DNA of 63,236 nucleotides, filler included, from Asterionella formosa (lineage: Eukaryota), in assembly GCA_002256025.1 (NCBI GenBank). It is 12 parts of 11 records of this genome, joined end to end, with 100 filler letters (N's around TTAATTAATTAA, not from the genome) between each part and the next. Parts side by side here need not be neighbours in the genome. Positions count along the whole stretch, not along the records: positions 35,128 to 36,642 come from NKIB01002120.1; positions 36,743 to 61,622 come from NKIB01002121.1; 10 more parts are not named here. One strand, given 5' to 3'. This document shows, piece by piece, positions 35,028 to 48,537 of the stretch. Positions within the stretch are counted from its first letter, which is position 1, and every line of letters starts with the position of its first letter. The translations under genes and the position numbers were made by a program. Under the pieces are notes generated by a model. That model saw nothing but the letters and a program-made list of their open reading frames with translations, searched no databases and was not told where the DNA came from.

Positions 35028-38000
35028 NNNNNNNNNNNNNNNNNNNNNNNNNNNNNNNNNNNNNNNNNNNNTTAATTAATTAANNNNNNNNNNNNNNNNN
35101 NNNNNNNNNNNNNNNNNNNNNNNNNNNCCTGACACCAGTAGCAGTATTTCCGCCACAGTCATTCCTCTCCGCTGCCCACCAAACAAGCAACCCTGATCAT
35201 TCCATTCTGAGCAAGCGTGATCGCCACGCTGCTCCAGAACTATTGACTCTCTCTAGCTGAGTATTCATGTAGCTTCTGATACGAACTCGCAGTAGAAATG
35301 TAGCAAAGCGCGTTAGTACAAGAAATGCATTGCTTGGTGGCAGTATTGACATCATTGTCAACGACTATACAAATCAACAAATACGATCAACAACGGCACA
35401 ATACCACATCTTCAATGAGTAGTCATTGATAAATGCATTGGTTCTTATGTAGATATGTACAATCAAAACAAAACGACAGTGCGTAACAACAAACAACGAT
35501 GGAAGCGATCAAAACAAACCACGGAAGCAATGAAATCGGAAAGTCGATAAATACGATCTACAACCCACATTCAGTGTTTCACTGTTGTACTTACCGATCC
35601 GCTTCAACTAGCATAACAAGCAGCAGACGATGGGATCAAAGAAAGACGAACGTTGCCTATTGCAAGGCCGAATAGAGCAAAGGCAGGCAAGATAGAGTGA
35701 GAACTATATTTGTGAGGACGAAGTCGGGCATATGGTACGTAAAATCAATGAATATGTGAACGATATAATTCAACATTTCAGGTCTCGTAAAAATAATACC
35801 AAGTCTACAGAGATAATATTATAACATGTTCAAAGTAAGCGTTAAAGCATAGCATAAACCATGCATGGTTGTTTTTAGTGCCACGTACATATGTAGACTT
35901 GATGACTGCCGGTAACCGGTAGAATATCTGTAAAGCATCATTACATACATGACCGGAGCAAAAACTTGCCACCAATATCAGATGTATCGATATCATCGTT
36001 TGTCACACGAAAAATGGACGACGCGACTACATGAATACCTCGAGAAGTCAAGCAATCCAACAATCAACTGTATCCTTTAGGCAAAGAATCGCTACTGGCG
36101 TCATCGCGGAACTGATTTCGCTTCAAACTGGTCATGATGGACGACGACTGGCATGGTGAAAGGTGAATTGCCGGAGTCCACTTTTCAGGAGACGAACAAC
36201 AACGAGGTGAATTCTAGATATAAATTATTAAAAACTGAATAGTATATAAAATGGTTTCCTTAAGTAGACCCCTTGCCGATTTCGGCAATCCCAGGGCTGG
36301 AAAACCGAGGGGCAACTGGTGTCTGTTGTCTTGCAAAAATGCAAACATATGAAATATATAAAATATATTTTAATGATGGGCAATATCGGACCTTTGGCAA
36401 TTTTCGAGGTGAAGATAGGAAATATGCAAAATATATTTTATATGATGGGCAATAGTAGGCTGAAATTGACATTTATGCTAAATTTGTGGGCAGTAGGTAA
36501 GCGACTGACGCGACGATAGCTAGAGCGGGAATTGCCTCAACAATACCCTTCTCGGCGGCTACTTGCCTTCTCATATACATGTGTACTTGCAGGCAAGAGA
36601 CCACCTCGGGCATGTATTGCCTTCAGCAATTTAGTCGGGGAANNNNNNNNNNNNNNNNNNNNNNNNNNNNNNNNNNNNNNNNNNNNTTAATTAATTAANN
36701 NNNNNNNNNNNNNNNNNNNNNNNNNNNNNNNNNNNNNNNNNNTGGAGCTCGGATTGCAGTTAAAAATAATGGTTGTACTCCCACAATAAAGTGTCGAGTT
36801 ATGCAATGGCAGCATGCCGTTTCCTCATCGCTCCTCGTCTGTTTGAGTGCGAAGCAACAACGTACCGAGATCAATAATTGTACCGGTAGAGCTCCGACCC
36901 GATCGCATGAACAATCGATAGAGCAAGAGCGGGAATCGTTAGCAACGGCATCCAAAGCAGACGTTCTGCCGTTACAATATGTGCGGCGAGACCAATCAGC
37001 GCAAATGAAGTTATCAGAAGCAACAGCCCAAATGCTGCTGAGGGTGACGATCCGGTGGCGCTTGGGTTTCCGCTGCTGCTGCTGATTGACATTGTCGTAA
37101 CAGGCAGTTATTTAATTGGACTACTGGTATTACCGGTATGTATGTAAGAGGAAACGGCGGATGGCCGGATTGGTGATGTACCGGGATAGTACCGGTACCT
37201 GGTACCAGGTACTGGCAACATCAGGAACCGGTACCGGTGTGTCAAAAGTGTGTCAGACAAGCAAGTTGAGCTTGATTATCCTTCACCAGTAGAAAAGGTA
37301 GGTATGACTCAAAGTCGAAAGCGTCGACTTTTGCCATCAACCAGCCACACGATTATATTCTGGTATAATGAGCCCAACAATATAGACTATTTGGAAGACT
37401 GATAGTTTGAATCTAATGATCAATGGTTAGTATGAACCTATGATCCACAAGTGTCAGATAAAAATGGGTCTATCTATCAATGTATGTTCTGACAAAAGCA
37501 AACAGTATTTGGAAAATAGTTTGTTTGATTATTCAAACTGGACAAACATAATAAGTAGCTTAGCAACTCACAATAAGAATATAGAAATGAAAGAGAAATG
37601 AACATCTGTATATAGTCATCTTTGTCTACATCTGCAAAAAAAGCATCATGCATATAGGATCAAGGGTATTGTATGCTACGTGGCACAGGATTTTCCTATG
37701 TATGATAATTTTTGGATCAAAACTATGATCAAGGTATCCTATAACTATGATGATTTAATATTATTTTACTGACCTTGAAGTGTAATGATGATAAGAACAT
37801 TATCATCACACAATGTATATCAACTGATCTACAACATTTCTCATCAATATCATAAACCTTCTCATATTATTTTCAATTCTTGTGATTGCCCAATGTTAAG
37901 CAATGATTACTACAATGCATCATAAAATCAGCTAAACTCTATGCTATCATGTGAATTGTTTCATCGTAAATCTATCTTAAACATGATCATGACTCTAATC

Positions 38001-39310
38001 ACAAGCATTGTTCAAAATAGATTGAAATGGATTGTATTTTAATTAACAAAGTTAACAATGATATTTCTGTTCCAACAGCAACCTGAGGAATTTTTCTCTC
38101 CTCTCCATTCGTCTCAATGTATATTCCTGTCTCGCCCTTTTCTTCCTCTTTTCTGAATCTTGTGCCAAGCAATGCCTTACTAATGTTGCGCCTCTCTCCC
38201 TGCTGTTAGTGCCATTCTGAACTTGCCGACTATTCCGTCGTTGTTTGGTCGGTTTTATTGTCCTATGCAGTTACAGTAACAATGAGAAGGAATGACTTGT
38301 AAGCTAGACATGTTACACTGACACAATATCATGACGCCATTCCATCTTATCCTCTTGCTTGCTTCACTTACCACAAATCAAAGCAAGTGATGCATAAGTC
38401 TGTACTAGTAAATTGTCAGTAAATTCTTGAATAAGTAAGTTTCAGGTATCCAATGTTGTCGAATGAAACTTACCGATTCATTTTCGTTAGCTTAACTTTG
38501 AGAGAAGGTAAACGTGGTGTCATGTCCATCAGTTATCTTCAATCAGAAGTGAATAGTTCCAATGACAAGAGCACTTACCAATTTTGTTTTGTTTTACATT
38601 GGTGCTCCCTAACAAGCGAAACGACGAGCTTTTGAATCAACTGAGAAGAAAGGAAACATGCGTTTAGTTTACTTTTTGTTGTTATCCTCCCACGACTGTC
38701 ATCCAACAAGTACCACATTGATGGCTTCATTAGCTACCTTAAACATAGTCCATCCTTCGAAGGCGCAATGTGTCAAAGCCACAATGCTTTTCGTTATTGC
38801 GTAGCTTTCCTTTTCATATGCTTTACTATGATTTTTCTTTTCATGAAGCAGGCACTGTTTGTTAACATGAGAGAACGATTTCAAATATATTTGCCATGTA
38901 TAAAGTTATAACTTTTAAATATATAAAGTGTTGTACATTTATAAAAATCAAAGGCACTCTCAATATGAAACGTCTGGTATTGTTGAGATGATCATATTTG
39001 CAGATAGATAATTCGAAAATATTCAATGCACAATATGTCCATTGTTTTCCACGACTTCGTGTACTGGTACTGTTTCTGAAATTTGTTTGCATCAATATTT
39101 TCAACGTCTGTTTGGAACAGACCAAACAATTGGTGTAAGTCACATCCCATTTGTATCATTATTTATACGCAAGGATTTTGGTAGCAAATTGTTTAAGCCC
39201 CTTTTTTGGGCGGGAGTTCTTCATGTGTACCGGTACATCATATGACAATGACATTTTATCATATATATATACAGAACACCAGTAGCAGGTAGGAAGTGAT
39301 ATACTTGGGG

Positions 39311-39656
39311 TAGTCAGAGTAGTAAGCGAGCAACAGAACACCATATGTTCATGACTGTTGCTACTGCAGCGGGACAGTAAATCATCATAGTTTTAGGATC
39401 GTATGATCATAAAATTGAAAAAGGATAGTCAGAGTAGTAAGCGAGCAACAGAGCACCATATGTTCATGACTACTGCTACTGCAGCGGGACAGTAATTCAT
39501 CATAGTCTTCGGATTGTACAATTGTAAAATTGAAAGAGGGTAGTCGGAGTAGTAAGCGAGCAACAGAACACCATATGTTCAAGACTGTTGCTACTACAGC
39601 GGGACAGTAAAGCATCATAGTTCAGTATCGTATAATTGCATAATTGAAAACAAGAT
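39311..39656 (+). repeat. Three tandem 115-bp units inside transposon copy 2
   Basis: Units start at 39311, 39426 and 39541. Confidence 0.9.
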
Positions 39657-39856
39657 ATGCTATTTCTCAAACTCGGTTCTGATTTTGTATATGATAATGT
39701 AAGTAGCACTATTGGTTTTATGGTATCATATCTAGACAGCGTAAAATATTATATGTAGTGGTTGATGATACATTTCATTGTAGCTAGCAACACCTGATAT
39801 TAAGATCATCGAACTTTAAGGAAGACAACGACAACAGCTATCTAGTTGTGCAAGCA

Positions 39857-41755
39857 ATGTCTTCAAAAAACCATAAAGAGATTCATGGAAACAAGCGACA
39901 TGTGACAAATACTGCCGGTATGGAACAAAGAAGTAAGTACCAAAATGAGTGAACAAAGAAAAAGCGAATAGGCGATTATCCAAAGGAACCCAATCAGCAA
40001 CAGGGAGTCAGTGGGGGTACTACCCCATTGTTGATGAGGACACCATCAGCTACTAGTACACAGGATCCCCTAATTGATACTGAAAGTAATGATGACATTT
40101 CTTCTTCAGTTGTTGATACAAGAAAAATGGCTCCTGTCGATGATACCAATAATAACTCCCGGATGCAGATGGATGACATGGTACCATATCATAAATTTTC
40201 TAATTGCACGGACCAACAAGTACATGACAAACTGAGTGAAAAAAATTTTGCATTTGCCAAAGGATATTATCAATTGGTCAATGAACTCAATCACTACAAA
40301 GGTCGTAATTAGGTTCAAAACTCGTCCACAAGAGGCCATCAAGAATCTTCAATTTCAGCAGCCTTATCAGAACGTCATTTCCGCTTAGCTAAAATTGAAC
40401 CGATCCATCAATTGTCACAATGGTTGTAAGTTTTATTTACTCTCAAGACCAAGAATCTTTGCTGTGAACATGTAAGTTTGAGGTTATACTTCGTGAAATG
40501 CAGGTACTGCAAAACAGAGCAAATATCAATCTAATGTGCTTTTTTCTGGTCCCAAAAGAGAATCAAACATCCCGCACGCCCTATCTGGTCCAAGTAGTAT
40601 GAAAGGCATTTATAATCACAAACAGCATTGGTTTGCCCAATGTTGACCTGCCTAACTCGGCTATACACAGTGAAACAGGAGTTAGGCAAAGAAGTGGAGA
40701 GTGACCCAGAGCTTGCCGATTTCATATGGAATGGTTCTGATGCACTACTTCTGATGAATCATACCATTGATCGTACCAACAAGGCATGTTTAGATTACAT
40801 CAAAACAACATTTGGTGGTATGTGCATTAAAAAGTTGAGCAAGTGATTGTCAGAATGTATTGAATAATCAATTTAAAGGAATCTTAGGTAAGTTCTTGCA
40901 GGCCGGGAGATGCTCTGAAAGCATGATGTTTTGAGTCGATAATTAGATTCTAATCAAATATGTTTGAATTTAAAAATGCTAACATAATTCATGACACACC
41001 AGCTGGTCTAACAGAATATAGCTAAGTTCCAGACTATGGATGTTGATGACTTTATTAGGTGGGCGTTGACGCTTTATCATTTTGCGCAGTCAAAGGACAT
41101 TGACAGGGGAAGCCATGGATACCAAGTCTGGCGTGATGTTCTTGCTCCAGTGTATTTTATAGGCAGGACAAGCCGTGGGTAACCACTTTTAACAGGAGAC
41201 AAATCTGGTGAGCCCAAGCCAAATTTCAACTAAGTCTTCGGGCTGAATTGCAATCACGTTTGAATTTTTGGTTTGCTGATCAATGCCAGTACAGAAGCAT
41301 TTTGCTTCTTGGTGCTGAAAGGAAAATTGCGATTGCAAAAAAAGTATTTGGGTTTCAATCCAGATACGCATGAGATTTCAGAGAAGCATTGATATTCGTC
41401 ATTCTACTGATTTTGTCGACATTGGTGGGAAACCAGTTATAAAAAATTGTGAGGGAAGAATGTTCAGTTTCAAATGGTCTCACTGATCAATGGACAGATG
41501 ATATTGATTTACTCGATTATTATAAGGAAATCTACACTGGACTTTCACAAAAGAATCGATCTGAATATGGAAGGATTCCTAGTGGAATTGCTACTTCCAA
41601 CAGCAAATATCATCTACCCACACTCATTCTTCTCATTTACCAACGTAAGTGAAGAGGATATGCATCAATATGTTGAACCACTTCAAACCAAATGTTCCTG
41701 AGAAGAATATTGATTACAATGAACGCATTAATCAACGGGACATTGATGATGACGT
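39857..41755 (+). pseudogene. Accessory (TnpA-like) gene of the Plavaka-like element, copy 2, fragmented
   Basis: Homologous to 8265-10165 with additional stops and frameshifts. Confidence 0.45.
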
Positions 41756-41972
41756 TCACAGATGTTAGGAAAACATTGATGATGCTCCATACTACTAGTA
41801 GTGGCGCCTGTACTGGCTGTATGTAGCGGTATACCTCCATTTTTACTACTATGGTGGAGTGATAATTTCACAACTCTGTATTGTCCAGCACAGCATGATC
41901 GGAGTGATGCTAAATATATTATTATCAATTCATTTTCATTCTATCCTGTTCATATCCTGACTTTGTCATCAT

Positions 41973-44330
41973 TTGAAATTTGCAATGTCTTTGCGCACAT
42001 TGCAATGGTGTCATTTGTGTAACTACAAATTTCGGAAAAACAAATCCCCATCTGAGTCTCACAATCGAAATTGTAGCAACTGTGTTTTCAATGCACATGG
42101 TCACTTTCGACATTGCATGCAAGAACATCGAGTTCCTGGAATACATAATGAAATTATTTATTGCGGTAGTGCATCTAATCATTCAAGGAAAGGAGTTAAT
42201 GATGGCAGTGTAACTGCTACAGCATTTAGGAAGAGTAGACAACAAAAAGAGATTATGTGTCCTTTCATTGAATCAAGTGGCCACAATCATCCATTTCATG
42301 ACGACAGCGACGATTCAGTTTATAACAATATTCAGTCACAACAAGACGAACAATTGAGACTAAAAACTCTCCAAGGATTGAATTCAGAGACCATGCAATA
42401 TTCAGATTTCCAAGATCACACCGGCTTTCTCCCTGAAAATGCAATGGAAATGCCCCTTCCTCCTCAATTTCAACTTCCAAGTAAACATTCCCTAAACCTG
42501 CATCCAATCGATTTAGAACTCATGTCATTCCTTAATGAGAATTACCTTCCATCAGTTTACTTTGATCATCTAATGATATGGCTGTTCAAGGCAAAAGCAA
42601 CGAAATATATGGATGGAAGGTATCAAGTTCCATCCTACCAGACTTTGAAAAACGCATGGATATTTCATTTCCACCAAAATTAGCTGGTGGTCAACTGTTG
42701 ACCAAACAAATAAAGATTGATAACATTTCAAACATGATCATCCCACGCACACTCCATTATTTCGAACCAGCACAGCTCATGGCAGGATTATTACGTGATT
42801 CCGATATCATGCAACATTTTGTATGTCACCCACAAGTGAAACTTACAACTTGTCGAGAACGCATATATGACGAAGTAACTTCTGCGACTTGGTTTGAAAA
42901 TGCATTCAACAATTCTCCTGCATCAGAAAATGGAGTGTTGAAGACAGGGTGTTTATTTGTTGCCCTAGCAGTTTTCAGTGATGGTTCACCTATTGATAAA
43001 CAAATGAAACATTCCGAGCATCCTTTTTGCTGACAATGTTAAACTTAATGTTAGAAGGAAGGAAAAAAGTTGCCTATTGGATGACAATTGGTATCTCTTT
43101 TGCCAGACCCCCACATTGAAGTCAGTGATCTGGAGAAACAAATGAATAATAAGTTATCTGCTGGTGAGGACTTGTCCTTATGTCAACTCAAATTATACCA
43201 TTCTGTTAGAGGATTTCTATTGTCGCCTTTCGAAGAGCGATCCAAACAAGTCATACGATATTTGGGTTCATGGTCTTGGTATGAAAAAAGTTTATTTCCA
43301 AATTGAAATGATCATTGGTGATACAGAAGAGCACAACAAAATTTGTTGTTTCAGGGGTGGTAATGGATTATTTCGACGATATGTTTGTCGTGATTGCCTG
43401 GTTGCAACTGAAGATGCTGATAATCCCGATATTGGATGTGAACGTCGTAAAGTGTCAGATGTTAAAAAGTCTTTAAACAAATTTCTTGACAAAAATGCAT
43501 ATCCCGATGGAAAATTACCATGTATGCCACCTGAGTATTGTGTCTCCCAATCTAATGGCAAATACGCAACAGCAAACGAGTGGTGCCATGTGTGTTATAT
43601 CGCATAATCCCATAATGCCTGCACTAATAAATCATCTTTTTGGTGGTGACTTAGAAGGATTATTTGGTGCAACTCCATTTGAGGTTCTTCATCAATTAAT
43701 ACTTGGAATATTTAAGTACATTTTGGAATCATTGTACAAATACCGGACTATCCCTGAAGAATGGACATGTTTTTTTTAAAGAACGAAAATCTCCAGATAT
43801 TCCAGAGAACATCTCTGATCAGAAACGTATCACTGAAACAACAGACACTGCTTTCCTTGATCAAGAGCAACCGAAGAAACAGGTAAAGACCAAAAAGGAC
43901 ACACGCACCAGTTACCAAAAAAATTAACTCTACACTGGCAAAAATCAAGACCCAACACTTGTACCAGCACCAGAAATGTATTTTCGAAACTATACTATAC
44001 TTCGAACAAAGTGCTAGTTATATCAATAGTCATTTGGAAAGCAAGGAGATGGATCAAGTTCCTTCACAATTCTGGCATAACTACTTCTTTGGGGAAATGT
44101 TATTTCTCTTAGCGCGTATTCGTTCCTTGAAAAGTTCAACTAAAATGAATATTCATAAACGCATGTTTTTTGCAAGAAGAGACACCTTTTGCAATGATAC
44201 AACTGAATTAAGTGTTGTTCAATTTCATAACATGCTTTCGGCAGCATTTGTTTTTCCTGATTTGAAATCACAGGAAACAAGGAAATCTCTGAAACCGCAA
44301 GATGTTTTGGAACAGATATGAAAGATAATT
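41973..44330 (+). pseudogene. Plavaka/EnSpm-like transposase, copy 2
   Basis: WCHLC...C...HGHFRHCMQEH; RIYDEVTSATWF; LAVFSDGSPIDK; IIGDTEEHNKIC; CRDC; FGATPFEVLHQLILGIFKYI. Multiple frameshifts. Confidence 0.85.
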
Positions 44331-44449
44331 TTTATGTTGCCATGCCTCCACGTCATTTATGGAAATCAATCGGGTGGGACCAAAAACTAACAAGCAAACG
44401 TTGATAAATATACAAGAATAATGTAAATGATAGCGATAATATAGATTCT

Positions 44450-45701
44450 GATACTAGTTAAGTTATTAGAAAGTTTTCACAATCTAAAATGTCCTGAGGA
44501 ATGATGAGATTGGATGATCCCGAGCAATGGTCCAATATTTGTTCTTTTTCACTCCCATAGAACCTAAGATGGTCCTTCTCCTTTCGTCCGAAATTTTTCT
44601 TCTCCACTTTTCAACTGCAGTTCGATATTAGTCTGTAAACTTTTTCAATTTGATTCCAGAAGGGCTATAATTTTTTCAACTTTTTCTCAATTATGATGCA
44701 TCCAGAAATTTGGCCAAGAGGTGCATGATTATGATTATACCATAGTATGAAGGGAGCACCGTTTTCATTCATTTGTTGGATCATGTATTTCACCTTGACA
44801 ACATCATCCTTCTTGAATGATGAATTGCAAGGAAGTCGTCTAAATAATTCGTTCAACATTTTTAAATCTAAATAGGAGCTCAAAATTTTGTTGATACAAA
44901 ATTGAAGAACAATATTTTCCAACTGAAACATATCCTCACGAATGTTGTCGTTGTCACTTGAGGCCAAACTGTTCCAAGATGAAAGTATGTTGACTTGGTT
45001 GGTGTGTCAGATGTAGCATATAAAAAATTGTCTTGTTTTCGCTGTTGCTACCACCTGACGTTTTAAAACTTTCCAGGACTCCGTCTCCAAGCGGAATTGT
45101 TCCCGGTTGCCAAGAAATTTTCAAGTTCATGAATTATATAATGGATCATAGAGCAAGGTAATTGTTTCAAGGTCCCACTATGCAAGATCTTTAAAATCTG
45201 AAGATGATTTTTTGATACCTTAGACTCCATAAAATATATAGGCGAAATTGCATATTTCTTGTGGGGTACGTCGTGCGTACAAATCTTTTCACAATTTTAG
45301 TTGTCCATGCGTTTTCAGCAAACTCAAGGAAAATGAAGTTTTCTTTGGCAATATAACTCTACACATTTCACATGCTGACTCTTCACAAAAGTAGCTAGCT
45401 GCCTTCGGGATTGTTCTCGATGATTTTACAGAGAAATTCTTTTTCTTCCATGTATGATTTGAAAAAAGATTCAATTCTTTTCTTCAAACTTCGTTCCCGA
45501 CTCAGTTCATCAAGCAACTGCCATGTTGCTTAGCCAGCATCACATCTCTGTATGCATTGATCTTCTTAAATTCGAGGTCTTGATGTAGCTCGGACTTTTT
45601 CCTGAATATCTTGCTTTTATTTTAGAAATGCAATAGTTTCTCTGCTTTCATGATGTTCATCTTGATGTTCTGGACGAATAATGAGACATATTTCTTGGTT
45701 T
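44450..45701 (-). pseudogene. Antisense (convergent) third gene remnant of the Plavaka-like element, function unknown
   Basis: Chain of minus-strand ORF pieces (44665-44967, 45289-45474). Their upstream continuation is preserved in copy 1 at ~11985-12690. Confidence 0.4.
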
Positions 45702-45874
45702 TGCGTTTATCATTTCTAAAAGATTTTATAGAATTATGAGTTTTAGTTGCGGTGCTGTTTGCTTTCGAATTCTTATTTTGGTATCCTTTTTGATTCATTG
45801 AGTCAATTTACTTGTGTGTATATGTCGGGTAATTTTAATACTGGGATGTATGTCTCTAAATAATTTCTCCAACA
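45702..45874 (-). repeat. Putative 3' LTR (173 bp, TG...CA) of the minus-strand copia element
   Basis: On the minus strand, CAGCAGGAGTC (purine-rich, PPT-like) is followed by TGTTGG right after RNase H. It ends in CA exactly where similarity to the host transposon resumes. Confidence 0.6.
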
Positions 45875-45899
45875 GACTCCTGCTGCTGGACCTGGATGC

Positions 45900-47320
45900 T
45901 CACCTTGATGAATGAATGTCGTACCAACCAATGGTTTTGTCATCTGATCTGCAATCATTGCATCCGTTGGACAGTGCTCAATCCATACTTCCCTTCTTTC
46001 AATTAGATCAGTGATGTAAGAATACTTAGTGGTGAAATGCTTCATGCGTTTTCCTGAACTTGTTGCTTTTCCATTTTCTTCTAGCTTCATTGATCTAGTG
46101 TTGTCCTTGTTGTGATATATAATGTTTGTAGTCATTTTATGTCCTTGCCCTTTGATGAACCGTTTTGTTCACAACACCTTTGATATAAACATGTCATTAA
46201 CACCAACCAATTCCGATTCAGTTGAACTTCTAGTGTTCACTTTCAGTTTGGTAGACACAGAAAGAATATTGCTTTTTCCAAGTGACAAAGTAGCTCCAGT
46301 GTGACTTTAAAAATCCACCTTGTGGACTGCAAAGACCGCATCAACATACCACTTAATACTCTGATTGCTGTCATCAGCACTAATCATTGATACAACCTCA
46401 TTTTGATTTGCTTTCAAGGAATTCATGATCTTGATTAATTTTGCCTAATCGCCTTCATTTGTCTCAGTAGTTCGGTTTACCAGAAATGTAATTCCTGGCT
46501 GAATTTCCTGTCTTCCTTGCAAACAAAGGAACACTCTTTTCATAATAAAAGTATGGAAGATTTTTGCCTTAGCTATCATATAAAAGTTTTTCGATTTTTT
46601 ATTGACAGTGAACAACAGCTTGTCAGTCCAGAAAGATTTCCCAACACCTTCAAGTTTATCTGGGAAATTGACTGTCATTGATTTCACATCATAGCTAATT
46701 AGTCAAATCCACTCTCAATTCTCCCAAAAATTAAATGTTCACTTTGCTCTCCACTTTATCTCTCTCCATGTATTCTCATTGACAACCGCCATTGGCACAA
46801 GTCCTGCTTTTTATACTCTTGTCTCTCTTTTCAACCAAGAAAATTAGTTTTTCCATCGCGCATCGTTTTTCAAGCTCAGTTAGCTAGGAAACAGCCATTT
46901 GAACAAGTCCTGAATTTAACGCTTTGGTCTCTCTTTTCAACCAAGAAAATCAGTTTTTCCATCGCGCGTCGCTTTTCAAGATCAGCTAGGACTCTGGCCA
47001 TAATTGATTCAAATACAACCCTATCATGTAGTTGCTGCATTTCTTTGTGCGCGGTTTCCCATCCTCTCAAGCCAGATTTCTTGAGACATTTCATTGATCC
47101 ATATGATTGCTTGAATGAAGTGAAATCCTTCTTTCTTATGGGCATTGAAAGGCATTTCTTTGATGGGACACATTGTCATCTCAATCACTTTTGCATTTCA
47201 GTTGTGTATTCTTCTTGACTGAGCCGCGCTTGAGTATGCAAATGATATTGGGCCATAGTCAGTTTTGTTGGTGGCTTTGAGACCCTTCCAGGCCTTGTCA
47301 CATTTGAACGTTTAGGTTTC
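45900..47320 (-). pseudogene. CoDi-like Ty1/copia RT and RNase H remnant
   Basis: KEMQQLHDRVVF, FLVEKRDQSVK.R.C.NG, and DN.RSMKLEENGK..SGKRMKHF..KY.YITDLI...IEHCPTDAMIAD.MTKPL.G. Many disruptions. Confidence 0.85.
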
Positions 47321-47389
47321 TGTTGTCCTCAGTGCTTGGATTGGCTTCTTCTTTCATACTTCCCGAATATAAATCCATGGTTGATGCCC

Positions 47390-48260
47390 TTACCCTGTCT
47401 TGCCGTGGCTTAGGAGACCTCTTTTGCCAGGCATTTCATCACCTGACAAGCACACAAGCCACTGCCACCATCTTCGGTCTATGGTTTACTCCGATACCAT
47501 ATTTATCGATAGTAAAAGTTCACGAGGAGGACATGTGTGTGCAAATCTTTGTCACTGATAGGGGTGGTCACAACCGAGTCTACCCCATGTCAAGTAAAGG
47601 CCTGGCCTATGATAAGCTAGATAATACATATGGTTCAACCGCTGCATTACCCAAAGCAATCATTACAGTCAATGCTGGTGAAGAAACTGGCAGTGAATGG
47701 GATCATATACACAAGAAGAGCCTTTTCCAACAACGGATGACAAAAGCCTACTCACCATAGCAAAATCTGGCAGAAAGGGAAATTCAGGAGCTTAAGAAAC
47801 ATTTCAGGCGGATCATGCAAAAATCAAAAATCCCTAAAGTCTTCTGGAACTATACTAGGATTGAATATACATCAAAGATAAGGGAACATATGTCAAGACT
47901 CCTCAATGATAACCGCACCCCACTGGAAACAACTACTGGAGCGATACATATCTGACATTTCGAAAAACCTCGAATTCGATTTCTCTTCCTGCGTGAAAAA
48001 TTATGATGTAAGAGGGGGCGACTCCAAGAATGATCTGGCAACGTGGTTGGGGGTGACCCACAACATTGGTCAAGCAATGTGCTATTATGTACTCAAAAGC
48101 AATGGTAGAGTCATAGTTCAATCCACAATACGGCCACTGAACAAGGAAGAATGGCTAGATAAAGGGAAGAAACAAGAACCGCATCAAATTTGACAAGAAT
48201 ATCTCAGAAATGTGACGAAACTCCTCTTATTCATGATGTTTTTGATGAAGAAATGGAAGA
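47390..48260 (+). pseudogene. Copia-type integrase remnant from a second element in the opposite orientation
   Basis: QIFVTD...VYPMSSK; PKAIIT.NAGEE; YSP*QNLAEREIQELKK; IPKVFWNY; DIS.NLEFDF; WLGVTHNIGQAMCYYVLKSNGRVIVQST. Confidence 0.85.
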
Positions 48261-48455
48261 ACCTCTTTGCTTTGTTGAGAATGTCATGGGACTGAGCATC
48301 TGGAGTATTGCAATGCTTATCCAGTCAGACAAGACGACATCTTTGAGGCATCTTTTGTAACAGTAGAAGAACAAGTAATGTATCTGCTGGACTGAAGGTA
48401 CATGTGTTAGCCATTTCCTCACAGGATTCACTGAAATCAATCAGCAAGATTCCAC

Positions 48456-48537
48456 TGAGTGTCCATTGATCATATCTTGGTTGAAAGACTCCAAACATCA
48501 ACTTGAGTGTCCATTGATCATATCTTGGTTGAAAGAC
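48456..48537 (+). repeat. Short tandem duplication (34-bp identical core)
   Basis: TGAGTGTCCATTGATCATATCTTGGTTGAAAGAC occurs twice, ~48 bp apart. Confidence 0.85.

Larger units (their letters stand above)
37627..45701 (+). mobile_element. CACTA/EnSpm (Plavaka-like) DNA transposon, copy 2: degenerate, right part lost at a copia insertion
   Basis: Begins TACATCTGCAAAAAAAGCATCATGCATATAGGATCAAGGG as in copy 1 and stays collinear with 6260-12233. Similarity stops at the copia LTR. Confidence 0.85.

Noticed and set aside
35270..35285. Possible tRNA-Met primer-binding site (minus strand TCGTATCAGAAGC) for the neighbouring copia
   Set aside because: Imperfect match to TGGTATCAGAGC, no identifiable LTR or gag, and separated from pol by a spacer gap.
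37190..37211. CCWGG/CCGG/GGTACC clusters as a restriction-modification or Dcm-related signal or cloning linker
   Set aside because: No methylase or nuclease genes are present. The motifs are TA-anchored insertions inside contigs rather than at contig ends.
6260..45701. The two long repeats as uncollapsed haplotypes
   Set aside because: They have different flanks, numerous substitutions and large independent indels, and similarity starts at a shared terminus also seen at 62930.
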